Source: Mobula hypostoma
Lineage: Eukaryota
Direction: 5' to 3'
NCBI RefSeq assembly: GCF_963921235.1
Contig: NC_086106.1
Coordinates: forward strand, 24,428,001 to 24,492,000
Length of the DNA stretch: 64,000 nucleotides
Shown: positions 24,069 through 37,884 of the stretch, piece after piece
How positions within the stretch are numbered: the stretch's first letter is position 1
Layout: each line of letters opens with the position of its first letter
Position numbers and translations under genes: made by a program
The notes under the pieces: generated by a model
The model's database searches: none
What the model was told of the DNA's origin: nothing
The model's input: the letters and a program-made list of their open reading frames with translations, nothing else

Positions 24069-24500
24069 TTATGGGATGTATGTGGGCTTGTACTTCCTGA
24101 CTACCTGTTGTCTGTTGGTTAGTAAATACAATGCCCTGTAGCTAGAAGTGTATTTTTGTTTACTAAGGTCTATTGGGCCCCAGATTTGAGTATCAAACTG
24201 AAATTGAGAAACAACATTTTGACATGTGCTCTTGTTTTCTACATGATTCATAGACAGGTGGATGCTATATGCTATGGCATCTGCAGTAGAGCGGTTCTGT
24301 TGCTTTGCCTTTTCAGTGAGTGCCAATTGTGGCACTAATAGAACTTCTGATATGCGCCATTTCCGACGTTCACAGTAGTTAAAAACGTTTTGCCTCCGTA
24401 CTATTAGAGTGTCGTCGGATAATTTGAAGGTATAGAACATTTTGTAACAAGAACTATAGTGGTTCATCGGAAGCCTGCATGATGAAGTCTTCAACATTAC
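24069..24500 (-). mobile_element. LINE RT fragment (Rex1/L2-like)
   Basis: RSTADAIAYSIH...LTNRQQVVR resembles non-LTR RT subdomains. Confidence 0.5.
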
Positions 24501-25409
24501 GTGAAATCGTTAGTGAGCAAGTGTACACACTCCCTGAGTACTCCGCCTGGGATGTGTTCTGCGCCCTGTCTCATAAAGTGCGCAGGGTTGGGGCTGGGGT
24601 GCTGTGTATCTCTCTGCACAGTGCTTCTCAGCTTTTGTTAGAATTGTAGCCATCAATCCCGATTTTTCGTTGGGTGTATACTCCTGCGTTAGCCGGACCT
24701 CTGGATCAACTGTGAGCTGACGTTCATGAGCTATCAGATTGTGCATACTTCTACGTAGCCTGTGAAAAATCAAATATATTCAACTATTTCTCTGTCCTCT
24801 CTTGCTGTGGGAGCCTTCTTGACCATATGCTGGTTAGTACGTTCAAAGCAAACCTAAAGCATTTTTGTTGCAGTGTTATTTCTGACCATGAGATAATATT
24901 TCTCGTATTTTGCATTGCTGGCTTGTTCTCCGGAGAGGAAGCGTCCTTTGGTTAGCGAATCTGCAACTCTTGCAGTCACTTTTTCCCTTTTATGGTGCGA
25001 TCCCCAGACAGCACGTGGTAGAGACGGGCGCAAAACTGTCGGTGACACTTAATGTACCGTCTTTCTGTATTTCTGCGAAACAACTGACAGTTTCTTCAGC
25101 ATTTTGTAAACGGAAGTGCAGGTGGTGAGGCTAAAGCATTTTACTTGATGTTTCCGGCAATACACATAATGTTAACATAAATCGAACCCGACGCTCAATA
25201 ACTGAGGTTCAGTATTGCAGTTTAGCCTTCTTGAAAATTAGTAGTATTGCAGTTTAGCCTTTCGGAATATTAGTAGAGGATGTCCCTGGGTTACTCAATG
25301 TATTTCCGTATGCTTCTCGCAACAAAATAGAGAATATTTTTTTCGTTTTACCTATCTCTCGATTTCTGTCGTGATGCACCATCCTTCGCATCGTCTTTCT
25401 TTGCAAGTG

Positions 25410-25446
<37 letters not shown>

Positions 25447-25599
25447 TTCCACTCTATATCTGTGTATGTCGTGCGCGTGAGAGGCTTGCGGTGCAATGAC
25501 TGAGGACAAAAGGAGATAATGTAAGGTTTATTCATCCACTCCCTTGATCTTTAACACTATAATTATACCTCAGAATAAAATTAATAGCTCTGAGCTGTT

Positions 25600-25890
25600 G
25601 CCGATGGTTTTAAATTGTCTGTGACTGCACACTTTTCCCTCGAGACAGCAAATTTTCAAAAAAGTGCTTCCTCTCCTGTAACAGTCTTGGGCGTTATTTG
25701 TATAATGAAGACTAGGGGCTACGTTCACAGAAGATTTGCTAATACAGGAGATTATTCGACCGAGCATCGGTGAATGCTGACATGTATTCATCATGGTACT
25801 CAACGCCACACAGCACCGCGCTGCTGTCGATTTATAACTATGTCTGATTATTTTCAGCATGTAGCCTTCCTGTACCATTTCTGCAGAAGG
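25600..25890 (-). pseudogene. Possible decayed V
   Basis: Acceptor CCTTCTGCAG|, MVQEG (FR1-like), STFLKI (FR3-like); no convincing RSS. Confidence 0.3.
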
Positions 25891-26156
25891 AGAGACACCA
25901 TACCGTCGAGTTTGAACAGATCCGCCATATCCCATCCTTATGGAAATTGAGGTTTTTCGGAAATTATTGGTAATGCTCGACTAATCCTGTGAGGTCCATC
26001 TATACCCAACAACTGTTTATGTAGCATTGTCAAGTCCTGTTTCTGAGGGTCGAGCTATAAGAGGATCACGTGAACATCGCTGATAAACTTAGTTCTACCT
26101 GACCCTTTGCTTTGGGCACGTATTGTGAGAGCTCACTTAACCCCATAGCTAGGGCC

Positions 26157-26460
26157 AATTTTACTCCGGTTCGTCCAACGCCCTGCAACACCGTGGGCTC
26201 CATGGCAAACAAATATAGAACCGTGTCCTTCGGGAGAAACCGTGTGCTGCTTCAATCCGCCACATTGCTCTATTTCTGTATCGCATCGGAGAACATTGGG
26301 GCATAATTCCTGCACTACCGCATCCTTCCAGACGATGCTTAATGTACAAAAATATATACGCTACTCACTGATTAATTACAGATTTTCATCATTCTTTGAT
26401 CCAGCGCGAAGTTCTTCACTAAATTATGCAAAGTTGATCCCGCAGTGAAGTGCAGAATTC
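26157..26460 (-). pseudogene. TCR alpha/delta-type V pseudogene with 23-RSS
   Basis: MMKICN*SVSSVYIF ... YIKHR ... DTVLYLFAME (Cys lost). RSS CACGGTG-23-AGTAAAATT at 26195-26157. Confidence 0.8.
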
Positions 26461-27480
26461 ACGAATAATTCGACATTGCATTAGAATCATGGAATACGCT
26501 CTACCAATTATCGTCAAAGTGCATCTGCCAGGAATGCCACGATAATCCGGGAGCAACAGAGGAGTTTGAGAGTCTGCAGGTGGACTTGGATCGATCTGAA
26601 GAATGAACAAAGCAATAGCAAGTGAAATAGATTGCAAGAAATTATTTGGTCGTGCACTTTGAGAGAAGCAGTAAGATTCCAGTCTACTTTCAAAACGGCG
26701 ACCCAATTCAAAAATCTGAAGGGCGAAAGGATGTGGAGCTCTCATACAGAAGTCTCGCAAAGTTGTCAAAGGCTATCACCGGCCCAGTATGCAGATCTGC
26801 CTCGTTAGCTACCCCTGCGATCAGCCACGTGACTCAGCGGTGTGAATGCCACCTTTCGTAACCAATATACATCCATGGTCGATATGATTTGCTATTCAAC
26901 AAAACGGTAACAGCGTTTTGTTCCGATTCCGGAAACCTTGATTTTAGGGAATCTTGTGTACATACGACCAAAGCACAATTATTGGTCGACAAGCAGTAAC
27001 ACGCCATGCACCGCCTAGAGCTATGACAAAAGTATAGATATTAATAACATCTTTCTTAACTAGTTATTAAATGGAAGGAATAAATTCAAAATATTAAATA
27101 ATGGCCATTTCAGTTAGCTCAGTCTAAATGTGCCCTGACCGTTCGAAATCGCCTCTTCCACAGCTGGCTATAAACGTCATTCCTTGCCCCGAAAACATGA
27201 TCTGCATGAAAGCAACCAACACAGTCCGAACTTCCCTCGAATTATCAAGAAAAAAGAAAGTCTCTAATGAGTGTTGGCCCTTCCTCCTTGCAGACGCTCA
27301 TCTGCGTACCAGTTGCATTACACTTAATTTACAGCTAGAGTCAGCAGTAGATAACACAAATATAACCTCTGTGTTAATAGATTTATCAAGTTTTAAGTAG
27401 TTTGGCATTCGTCCACATTGACTGCGTTTCCAGAGGGTCGCGTTCCTTCCCTTTCACACTGTTCGTCTGCTAACACATAG

Positions 27481-27612
27481 NNNNNNNNNNNNNNNNNNNN
27501 NNNNNNNNNNNNNNNNNNNNNNNNNNNNNNNNNNNNNNNNNNNNNNNNNNNNNNNNNNNNNNNNNNNNNNNNNNNNNNNNNNNNNNNNNNNNNNNNNNNN
27601 NNNNNNNNNNNN
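27481..27612. other. Assembly gap (132 N)
   Basis: N run. Confidence 1.
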
Positions 27613-27839
27613 TACCCCTCCACCTTTTGTCCTCCATGCTTTCCAGTAAAATCCTCGTCCTCACCGTGACCACATCAAGGCTTTTCCAGAGCGCGTTTCC
27701 AATGTGAAAAGAACAAGAGAATAAGTTAGCATCGCTGTGTTCCAACGTGATTACCATAATTAATCTCTCGGAGAGAGATTTAGAGAGGAATCATATGCGA
27801 ACGAGCGGTTGGTATGATTTTGAAGGCATAATTGACTGT

Positions 27840-28100
27840 ATGTTCAGTGTTCATTGTATTTCTTATGTGTTTGGCTCTCGTAAATGGTATCGAGCAGTTG
27901 CTTTTGCTGTTAGCAGGATTTACACTTAACACAGCATCTGTAGGCAACATTTCTCCTAAAGGTATGTCGACTCTCGCGACCTGGATAATAGGCGGGATAT
28001 GGACGACATGGTTGATCGTGAGCGGTGTTGTTCCCATTGCTTTCACATTCATTTCACGCACACCACCTTCAAAGCACCTCTGGCTCAAACCCCAGATCTT
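27840..28100 (+). pseudogene. Possible plus-strand V remnant (leader + partial V)
   Basis: Leader-like (M)SVFIVFLMCLALVN-G|GT ends like the 19738 leader (WLN-G|GT); acceptor CCTAAAG|GT; HL-WLK resembles HLYWFR. Truncated by a repeat. Confidence 0.35.
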
Positions 28101-28439
28101 ACATAACTGTAGACCCGGAAGGGAAGAACACCCCAAATCAGTAAGGGTGACGTGGTAGTCTTCCGAGAGTAGACCATAGGCTCGGCCAGGTCGTGTTCGT
28201 CCCGGGGAAAGCAGCCTCTAGCCCCGCCAAACTGAGAAATAACTTTTGTGTGGATGCTGTGTAATGTACCATCCAGTTACATACCTACAAAGCAAATTAT
28301 CAGAGAGTAGAACATATGCAACGAAATGACTGTACTTTATGAATCATAATCTGAATATAGGCATAGTAATGAAAATTTAAATCGGGCCCATTTCAGGGAA
28401 ACGTCAAAAGTGCACCTTGGAGCTCACTAATTAGCCATT

Positions 28440-30610
28440 CTTCCACCATCGATTCTATCACCATTGACGAGGTTACTCGGAAAGTTGACGAGAGTAAAGC
28501 CGTGGATGTTGTCCATCTGGACTTCAGGAAGGCCTTTGACAAGGTTCCACACGAAAGGTTAGTTTAGAAGGTTCAATCGTTGGGTATTCATATTGAAGTG
28601 GTAAAATAGATTCAGCAGTGGTTTGATGGGAGACGCCAGAGAGTAGTGCTGGATAACTGTTTCTCAGATTGGGGGCCGGTGAATAGTGGTGTGCCTCAGT
28701 GTTCCGTACTGGGTCCAATATTGTTTGTGATATACATTAATAATCTGGGTGGCGGGGTGGTAAATTGGATGAGTAAGTATGCAGATTATACTAAGATTGT
28801 TATAATCCGGTCCGTGAAGACCATATTGAGGTTCACGGTCCGGTCCATCGACCCTTGTTCCAGGTTTTCCTGTCTACCTTGATTCTGTCTTGTTGAGCTC
28901 TAATTGAGTCAGATGATGCTGGTTGGGGCTGGCTGCATAAGTACTTCCAGAGACCAGGGCGTGGCCGCTGGATTGTACTTGTCCGTACTTCTTGTATCCC
29001 TTCCCCTGCCTTCTGTTTCCTTGCCTGAAGCCCTGCCTTGTCTTGCCGGAAACTCTCGCCTCGCCTGAAGTTCTGTCTCGCCTTGCTTTGCCAGAAGCCC
29101 TGCCTTGCTTTGCCAGTAGCCTTGAATTGTCTTGCCGTCTGGTCCTGGAGCCACCCTGTACCTAGCTCCTTTCCTGTCCCTTGCCTCCACCCAGGTAAGC
29201 CAGGCCATCTTGCCTCAAGTCACCAGGCTCCACACTCGCCTCGCCTCAAGTCTCCAGCCTCCAGCCTCGCCTCGTTTCAAGTCTCCAGCCTCGCCTCTAG
29301 TCTCAAGTCTCCAGCTTCCTGCAAAGCCTTGCCTCGTCTCTTGCCTAGCCTCGAACGTGTAGACTCCACCCTCTAGTCTCTAGCCTCATGCCAAGCCAAG
29401 CCAAGTCTCTAGCCTCTAGCCTCTAGCCTCTTGCCAAGCCAACCAAAGTCTCTAGCCTCTAGCTTCTAGCCTGAAGACTCCAGCCTCGCCTTTGCCTAGT
29501 TCTGCGGTCCGAGCCAGAGGCAACACACAGGTACTGGATCCTTGTCCAGTCTCTGGCTCGGAATCCAAGCCCGGGCTCCTTGCTCTTTTGTCCAGTCCTG
29601 TTCCAGGTTCCTGGTTTCCCTCTCCAATGTTCTTACCATCGCCCTGTATCCTAGTCCTGTCCCTAGTACTTCAGTGTCTGTGTCTTGCCCTTGGGTCCGT
29701 TCCCAGCCGTGCCCTTATGACAAAGGTAGGTGGCGTTGTGGATAATAAAGTAGGTTTTCAAAGCTTGGAGAGAGATTTACGCCAGTCGGAAGAGTGGATG
29801 AAAGATGGAGTTTAATGCAGATAAACATGAGGTTCTACATTGGGTAGCACTAATCTAAATAGGACATACATGGTAAATGGTAGAGCATTGGAGGATGCAG
29901 TAGAACAGAGGAATCTAGGAATAATGGTGCATAGTTCCCGGAAGGTGGAATCTTACGTGCATAGTGTGGTGCAGAAAGCTTTTGGTCTGCTGGTCTTTAT
30001 AAAGCAGAGCATTGAGTATAGGAGTTGGGATGTAATGCTGAAATTGTACGAGGCATTGGTGAGGCCAGATTTGGAGTATTTTGTACCGTTTTGTTCACCG
30101 AATTACAGGAAAGATGTCAACAAAATAGAGAGATAACAGCGAATATTTACGATAATGTTACCTGGGTTTCATCACTTAAATTGAAGAGAAAGGTTGAACA
30201 AGTTGTGTTTTTATTCTTTGGAACGTAGAGGGTTGAGGGGTGGGGGCTTGATAGATGTATTTAAAATTATGAGGAGGATAGATAGAGTTGACGAGGTTAG
30301 GCTTTTTCCATTGAGAGTTGGGGAGATTCAAACAAGACGACATGAGTTGAGAGATAAAGGGCAAAAGTTTAGGGGTAACATGAGGGGAACGTTATTCTAT
30401 CAGACAGTGGTAGTTGTGTGGAACTAGCTTCCAGTAGAAGTGGTTGAGACAGGTTCTATGTTGTCGTTTAAAGTTAAATTGAACAGCTATCTGGATAGGA
30501 ATGGAAGGGACTGCTATGGGCTGAGTGCAGGTTGGTGGGCTAGGTGAGAGTAAGAGTTCGTCACGGACTAGAAGGGCCGAGATGGCCTGTTTCCGTGCTG
30601 TAATTGTTAT
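28440..30610 (+). mobile_element. CR1 LINE RT/3' fragment split by an LTR
   Basis: GVPQCSVLGPILF, YADYTK|GGVVD, KLYEALVRPDLEY, ERRGLRG; 3' UTR follows. Confidence 0.85.
28798..29722. mobile_element. Solo LTR (925 bp) with internal low-complexity repeats
   Basis: Termini TGTTATAA...TTATGACA; 5-bp TSD AAGAT/AAGGT; interrupts the CR1 RT motif TKI|GG. Confidence 0.8.
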
Positions 30611-31169
30611 ATGGCTATATGATTATATGATCTTGTCCGAGCGTTACCGAACTCCGGGCCCTCAGAGCACAGTCCACTCCGTCCGCTGTTCTACCAGCTT
30701 TCTCTACACGTGTCTGTCCTCTTCATCTCTCCTCGACCAAAGGCCGCGAAAAATCTCCTTCCAGGTGCACAAGACAGAGCAACAATCTTCTGATTGGCTA
30801 ACATACATACCATAGTCCTGTTATCTCCAGCTATAACCCAGACATTGTTGCCACAGGGAAACTGTTACCTCAGATACTCGAAAACTTAAAGAAACATCGA
30901 TGATTTCGCTAAACAGATCTCTCAGAATATTACAAAAATGGTCGACACGCTTTCATTTAATTCATTATATATTAAAGTGTGATTGCAGAACATAATTGAG
31001 TGATGTGCAAGTTCTAAGCTGTGAGGAGAAATAAAGGAAAGAGAGGATGGCAGAGAGAGAAAGAGATGAAGATTAGACTGCAGGAAGGAGAGAAAAATAT
31101 ACCTACGTAAATTAGGAGGAGAGAGAACAACAGAGGGAGTGGGAATTGGAATGAGGCAGCGTGTGACTT

Positions 31170-32900
31170 CAGGCTTCCATATTTCCTGCTAATGGTGATA
31201 ATGAGATAAGGTTATGCTCTGGGTGTTGGAGGTCCTTAATAATGGACGCTGCCTTTCTGAGACATCGCTCCACGTAGAAGTTCTGGGTATAATTTAGGCT
31301 GCAAACCAAGATGCAGCCGACGAAGTTTACAAACCGCTGCAGTTTCTTTAGGTCATGTACAGTAGCTCCCCACCATAGAAAACAACCACGCAACACCCCC
31401 CCACACACACACACACACACACTCACACACCAGTAGTAATACACCCTGTCACAATGCTCTCCACGGAGCATCTATAGATGTTTTTGAATATATTTGTTGA
31501 AATACGAAATCTCTTCACACTCCTGAAGAAGTGTAATTGCTGTCTCGCCTTCTTTATAGCTGCATCGATATATTAGGACCAGATTAGATCCCCAGAGATC
31601 TTGACTCGCAGGAATTTGAAATTTATCACACTTTAATTCTAACCCCTCTGTGAGGATTAATGTGTGTTCTTTCGTCCTACCTTTCCTGAAGTCCACTGTG
31701 AGCTCTTTCGTCTAACTAATGTTGATGCAAGGTTGCTGCTGCAACACGACACTAGTTGGCATATTTCTCCCCTGTGAGTACCCTCGTCACTGTCTGAGAT
31801 TCAACTAACAATGGTTGTATCATTAGCAAATTTATAGATGGTATTTGAGCTGTGCCTCTACACAGAGTCAGAGGTATAAAGAGAGTAGGGAAGTAGGGTA
31901 AGCACACAACCTGAGATGCACCCGTGTGGATCGTCAGCGAGGAGGAGACATTATCCCAAAGCGCACAGCTTATGCTTTTCCGATTAGGAATTCGAGGACC
32001 CATTGCAGAGGGAGGTACAGAAATTCAGGTTCCGTAAATTCTCAATCAGGATTATGTGAATAATGCTGTTAAATGTTACGCTATAGCGGCTGAAAATCAT
32101 CCTGACATAGCGTTCATATTGTCCAGGTGGTCTAACGCCGTTTGACGATCCATTGAGGTTGCATCTGTCGTTGACCTATTGTGGCTATACACAAATCCAA
32201 TTGCTCCATGCACCTGCAGAGGCAAGAGCTCCGTCGAGTCATCACCAACTTCTTAAAGTCTTGAAGCATTTCTTCGCTTTTGCTGTGAGTTCTACCGTTC
32301 GAAAGTCATTGCGGTAGCTCACATTATTAATCTTGCGAACATTTATAATTACTCCCTTTTGGAAGCAAAGGATCTCACGCCCCTAGCAATGGAAGGTTGA
32401 AAATGTCCTTGCATACTCCCGGCAATTTGTTGGCACAAGTGTTTAGAGCTTTCAACGCTACACCATTGTGAGCTTTCGCATTGCGAGGGTTCACCCATAT
32501 TAAAGACAGCCTAACTTCGGTCTCTGAGGTAGAGAACAAAAGGTGCAGCAGGAATCTTTGAGGCTGTAGTTATATTCTTATATCCTCCTTTTCAAAGCGC
32601 GCATAGAAGGCGTTTACATCATCTGGCAGTGAAGCATCTCCCGCCGTTCATGCTGTTGGGTTTCGCTCTGGGGGAACAAATGTCTTTCGACTCCGATGTC
32701 GCCTCCACCCTCGTTAGAATTTGCCTGTTCTCTCGAGAACTAGCCTTCCACAAATCAAACCTGCTTGTTTTTGGTACAGACCAGGGTCGCCAGACTTAAA
32801 TGCCACAGATCTATCTTTCAGCAGAGGGTGTACCTTTAAGTTCATCCACAGCTTTTGCTTTAGGAATGTACAGTAAGTCCTTGTAGACACACAGTCATCC
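31170..32900 (-). mobile_element. Rex1/Babar-like LINE fragment
   Basis: MDFRK...HT, KAASIIKDLQHPEHNL and HTGASQ (GxPQG-equivalent) motifs. Confidence 0.6.
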
Positions 32901-33049
32901 ACGCAGGTTTTAAAAAAATCGGTAGCAATTGCCGCATACTCAAACAGATTGGAAGAGGAATCTCAGAATGCAGTCCACTCCACCGATTCAAAGCATTTCG
33001 GTATACCATCCTCTGTTTCTCTTGACCATACCTTGACTTTACCATAACC

Positions 33050-33280
33050 ATAAAATGTTTCGGGTTCATTGTTTTTCTATTAATTCACGCTACAGATTAA
33101 ACCAGTACAAGGTGATGCATAGTTTGCATTATTCAAAAACAAAACTGAATCGCAGCTTCCCATCTGTGTCTCCTGAATGCGAGAAGTGCCGCTCTGTTGA
33201 GGGCTCACATGCACATATTTTCTGGTTTTGCCCTACATTATACAGCTTCTGGACTGCAATTTTTCAGTGGCTCTGAAGAG
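33050..33280 (+). mobile_element. L1/Tx1-like ORF2 C-terminal fragment
   Basis: ECEKCRSVEGSHAHIFWFCP Cys/His-rich motif. Confidence 0.7.
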
Positions 33281-34194
33281 TCACTGGAGGGCATCCAAAA
33301 TGGCGGGGTCGTGACTGAGCTGAATGTCTCTGGAATAGACTTTTGAGAGCCATAAAATGTTTACTTCTCGCGGAGATTGGATTTTGCGGAACCTGATGTT
33401 GGAGTCACTAACACCACTGAGATATCAGTATTGATCTGCAGTGAACCGGTTGAAATGGGCTTCAATTCTTGGGGGAAAATTACAATCGTTGTGAAGATGC
33501 TCCTGAAAGCATGCAAGGAGAGGAATGGACAGGAACTTTTAAACACGATGTCCCTTTACCCTGTGTCCAGAGCCACTTCTTAGGCAGTGCAAGTTCCTCC
33601 TAAAGAGGATCATGAGCAGAAAAGAAGAACCGTTTGAAGCACATAGGCTATATTTGTCAAGTTACGTCCTGGAAGGCTAGGTAGAGTGACATGAACCGCC
33701 GAATTTGTTGAAATGACCGGGGAATGGAAAATAAGCTGAACAGGGAGATGCGTTTCTACAGCAACGCATCCTTTACTTGCCTCCCAAATACTCACAGTTG
33801 GATTGGCGGTGCTGGCGTCACGAACTTCATTTGGAAAATGTGCTACAGATGATGGGTTGATATATTTGAAAGCCGTGATGGCATGACCAACTTTGATGAG
33901 GGGAGTGCATCGCCCTGGGTAAGATTTTTATTGCCAAGCTGTGGGTATATAATATGAGCAATACTGTCAGAACAGCCTCTGATGCTTTCAGCTTGTTTCC
34001 GTTTGAGTTGCTATAAGAAACTTTGTTACTCGACTTAGTAATGTGCTGTTAGCTAATCAGGATAGTGGAATTGGGAGAGGACATGGGGGCCACTGATTGG
34101 AAGATCTGTTGGCGGGAGCTGGGAGAAGACAGGAGGAAGTAAGGCTGATGATATGTCCCTTCTGCATAAGGTGCTTTGCGCAGATGAATGGCTA

Positions 34195-36130
34195 CATTGT
34201 ACATAGAACATAGAACATAGAATACTACAGCACAGTACAGGCCCTTCGGCCCACAATGTTGTGCCGACCCTCAAACTCTGCCTCCCATATAAGTCCCCAC
34301 CTTAGATTCCTCCATATACTTGTCAAGAGTCTCTTAAACTTCACTGGTGTATCTGCCTCCACCACTGACTCAGGCAGTGCATTCCAAGCACCAACCACTC
34401 TCTGAGTAAAAAAAGCTTGCTCTAATATCTCCCTTGAACTTCCCATCCCTTACCTTAAAGCTATGTCCTCTTGTATTGAGCAGTGGTGCCCTGAGGAAGA
34501 GGCTCTGGCTATCCACTCTATCTATTCCTCTTATTATCTTGTACACATCTATCATGTCTCCTCTCATCCTCCTTCTCTCCAAAGGTTAAAGCCCTAGCTT
34601 CCTTAATCTCTGATCATAATGCATACTTTCTAAACCAGGCAGCATCCTGGTAAATCTCCTCTGTACCCTTTCCAATGCATCCAATGCCTCCTATAGTGAG
34701 GTGACCAGAACTGGACACAGTACTCCAAGTGTGGCCTAACCAAAGTTTTATAGAGCTGCATCATTCCATCGCGATCTTAAACTCTATCCCTCGACTTATG
34801 AAAGCTAACTTTCTTAACTACCTTATCCACCTGTGAGGCAACTTTCAGGGATCTGTGGACATGTACCCCGAGATCCCTCTGCTCCTCCACACTACCAAGT
34901 ATCCTGCCATTTACTTCGTATTCTGCCTTGGAGTTTGTCCTTCCAAAGTGTACCACCTCACACTTCTCCGGGTTGAACTCCATCTGCCACTTCTCAGCCC
35001 ACTTCTGTATCCTATCAATGTCTGTCTGCAATCTTTGAAAATCCTCAACACTATCTATAACACCACCGACCTTTGGGTCGTCTTCAAACTTGCCAACCTA
35101 CCCTTCCACCCCCACATCCAGGTCGTTAATAAAAATCACGAAAAGTAGAGGTCCCAGAACAGATCCTTGTGGGAAACCATTAGTCACAATCCTGCAATCT
35201 GAATGTACTCCCTCCACCACCACACTCTGCCTTCTGCAGGCAAGCCAATTCTGAATCCACCTGGCCAAACTTCCTTGCATCCCATGCCTTCTAACTTTCT
35301 GAATAAGCCTACCGTGTGGAACCTTGTCAAATGCCTTACTAAAATCCATATAAATCACATCCACTGCACTACCCTCATCTATGTGCCTGATCATCTCCTC
35401 AAAAACTCTATCAGGCCTCAGAGACACGATCTGCCCTTCACATAGCCATGCTGACTGTCCCTGATCAGACCATGATTCTCTAAATGCCTATAGATCCTAT
35501 CTCTAAGTATCTTTTCCAACATCTTTCCCACCACAGACGTAAGGCTCACTGGTCTAAAATTACCCGGACTATCCCTACTACCTTTTTTGAACAAGGGAAC
35601 AAAATTCGCCTCCCTCCAGTCCTTCGGTACCATTCCCGTGGACAACGAGGACATAAAGATCTTAGCCAGAGGCGCAGCAATCTCTTCTCTCGCCTCGGGG
35701 AGCAGCCTGGGGAATATTCCGTCCGGCCCCGGCGACTTATCTGTCCTAATGTATTTTAATATCTCCAACACCTCCACTCACTTAATATCAACATGCTCCA
35801 GAACATCAACCTCACTCATATTGTCCTCACCATCATCAAGTTTCCTCTCACTGGTGAATACCGAAGAGAAGTATTCATTGAGGACCTCGCTCTCTTCCAC
35901 AGCCTCCAGGCACATCTTCCCACCTTTATCTCTAATCGATCCTACCTTCACTGCTGTCATCCTTTTTTCCTTCATATAATTGAAAAAATGCCTTGGAGTT
36001 TTCCTTCACCCTACTCGCCAAGACCTTCTCATGCCCCCTTCTTGCTCTTATCAGCTCCTTCTTAAGCTCCATTCTTGCTTCCCTATATTCCTCAATGGAC
36101 CCATCTGATCATTGCTTCCTAAACCTCATT
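34195..36130 (-). mobile_element. 5'-truncated CR1, same subfamily as 15230-18532
   Basis: Highly similar protein fragments ([25 protein letters not shown]); tail (CATAGAA)n at ~34197-34222. Confidence 0.93.
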
Positions 36131-37379
36131 GAGGAAGTACCAACAGTCCCGTGGGAAACCCATTTGTTAACTATTGATTTCGACTGATAATCGAGCGGCA
36201 ACGCGGCATGTGCTTTCACGCAGACCGAGAGTGCAGCGCTTGAGTGACAGACAAGCTAAAGATGAGCTCCAACTTAATTGCTTAAGAGTAATGAGCACTT
36301 ACAGCTTTTTTTTTCTTTCTTTCTTTCTTCTCATAACTGTTAAGTTAACTTAACGTTTCTAAATAGTCTTCTTTATAATTTACTACAGTGTATAATCTGT
36401 TATTTCTTTTCTGGAACAGTAAATCACACAGCAATCACACAGACCAGCGATCAGGTGAGCAAAACATGCCAACCTCACAGAGTAGGCTGGACCAAAGTTA
36501 TATGGGATGTATGGGCTGTCTGGGAGGGTAGCACCTTTAACGGGTGGGGGGCAGGGAGTGCCTGCCGTGCCGCCGGCTCGTCGTCCTTTGATACCTACCC
36601 GGCGCACACCTCTCACCCGTGGTTCCTGGTGGCTGTAACACGCGAAGTAGCCACATCCCGGTAAACCATCTCGGCAGACAGGCAAAAATAGTTGAGTGTA
36701 ACCGACGGGTCTTGGGCCCTCGGTGAGGTAGGGGATTTGTCTGTCCCAGCGGGTCCTGGCTGATTGAGCGGAGGAGACCGTTTAATAGACCAACGGTCAA
36801 GAACGCAGGCCCAGCAGACTAGTGGAGCGCTAAGTGCACCACAAGCCAGTTAGACGTCCTGGTTATCGATGCGGCAGAAGGCTAAGGCAAACCACTGCTG
36901 TAACCTGCCAAATACATCATTCCCAGTATGTCAGTCTCAATGAGCGTCGCAGATGGAAATCGTCCGCCAACTGGTAATTCCAAATGCGACCTAACGACGT
37001 CAAAAGTTATATGCACCCAAGACATATGAAGCTTGAAAAGGTAGATTCCTCGTTGCGACATCCGGTGACTGATAGTGAAGGGCTAACGAACCTGTTTTCG
37101 TGACACGCCCGGGAAGAAGGGATTTCAATTGGACTGCTCTCTTTTTATGTTTATGTTGTTTGCCTTTCTAATCTATCTATATCGTGCTCCTCATGCCAAT
37201 TCTGAATAATAAGATGCATCTCCTTTTCAATGGAGTGCTACAGAATGATAATTTATTGCCTAGATTTTTTTTTTTTGTCTTTGACTCCCTCACTCACTCT
37301 GCCTCACCCTCATTCTGTCTGGCGAACATTAATCCTCCTTTCAACAGATATATTTTCAACCTCCGTCTGTACCGGATTA

Positions 37380-37880
37380 AGGGTCTTCTGCATTGAGTGA
37401 TTATTCCCATGCTTGAGTTGCCGCACGACATGAAGATTGCTCTGAATCCAGGAATGGTTGTGGCTAAGAAACTTATTCTTCTGACCTGGAAGTCTACTAC
37501 TCCACCCACCTTCGCACATTGGTTCAAGGAGATGTTAGCTGTTATACCAATTGAAAGATTGCGTCTGCACAAACCCAGTGCACAGATATCATTTGAGAGA
37601 ATATGGAGACCCCCATTGGCTCAGTGTCATACTACCTCTCGTACATAGTGACCTTGACCTGTCCAGTATCATGAGTGGGTGTGGTGTCTTAGAGGACTTC
37701 TTTATTCATTCCACTTTAAATTGCTTCTGTGGTGTCACTATTGTGTCAACATGTTATCTGAAAGTTCATTTATGTAATCTTGTAAATTGTCTGGCTGCCT
37801 TCTTGTTTTTTTTTCTTTTTTTCTACATCTTCAATATATTTCGTCTTTGTAAAACTGAAAATTGTAAATAAAATATTAAA
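37380..37880 (+). mobile_element. L1-like 3' end fragment
   Basis: AKKLILLTWKSTTPPTFAHW...FERIWRP, then A-rich tail. Confidence 0.7.
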
Positions 37881-37884
37881 TAAA

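Noticed and set aside
25015-25050. ETGAKLSVT J-like stretch and antisense DSLTKGRF V-like stretch nearby
   Set aside because: No RSS, no Cys or Trp framework; consistent with chance.
27832-28158. Hydrophobic 108-aa ORF as a membrane protein
   Set aside because: Non-ATG start; better explained as a decayed leader, intron and V fragment running into a repeat.
29380-29490. Short regularly repeated units as a CRISPR-like array
   Set aside because: Eukaryotic context, no unique spacers; simple tandem repeats.
29038-29815. Ser/Pro/Leu-rich ORFs
   Set aside because: Products of low-complexity repeats inside the solo LTR.
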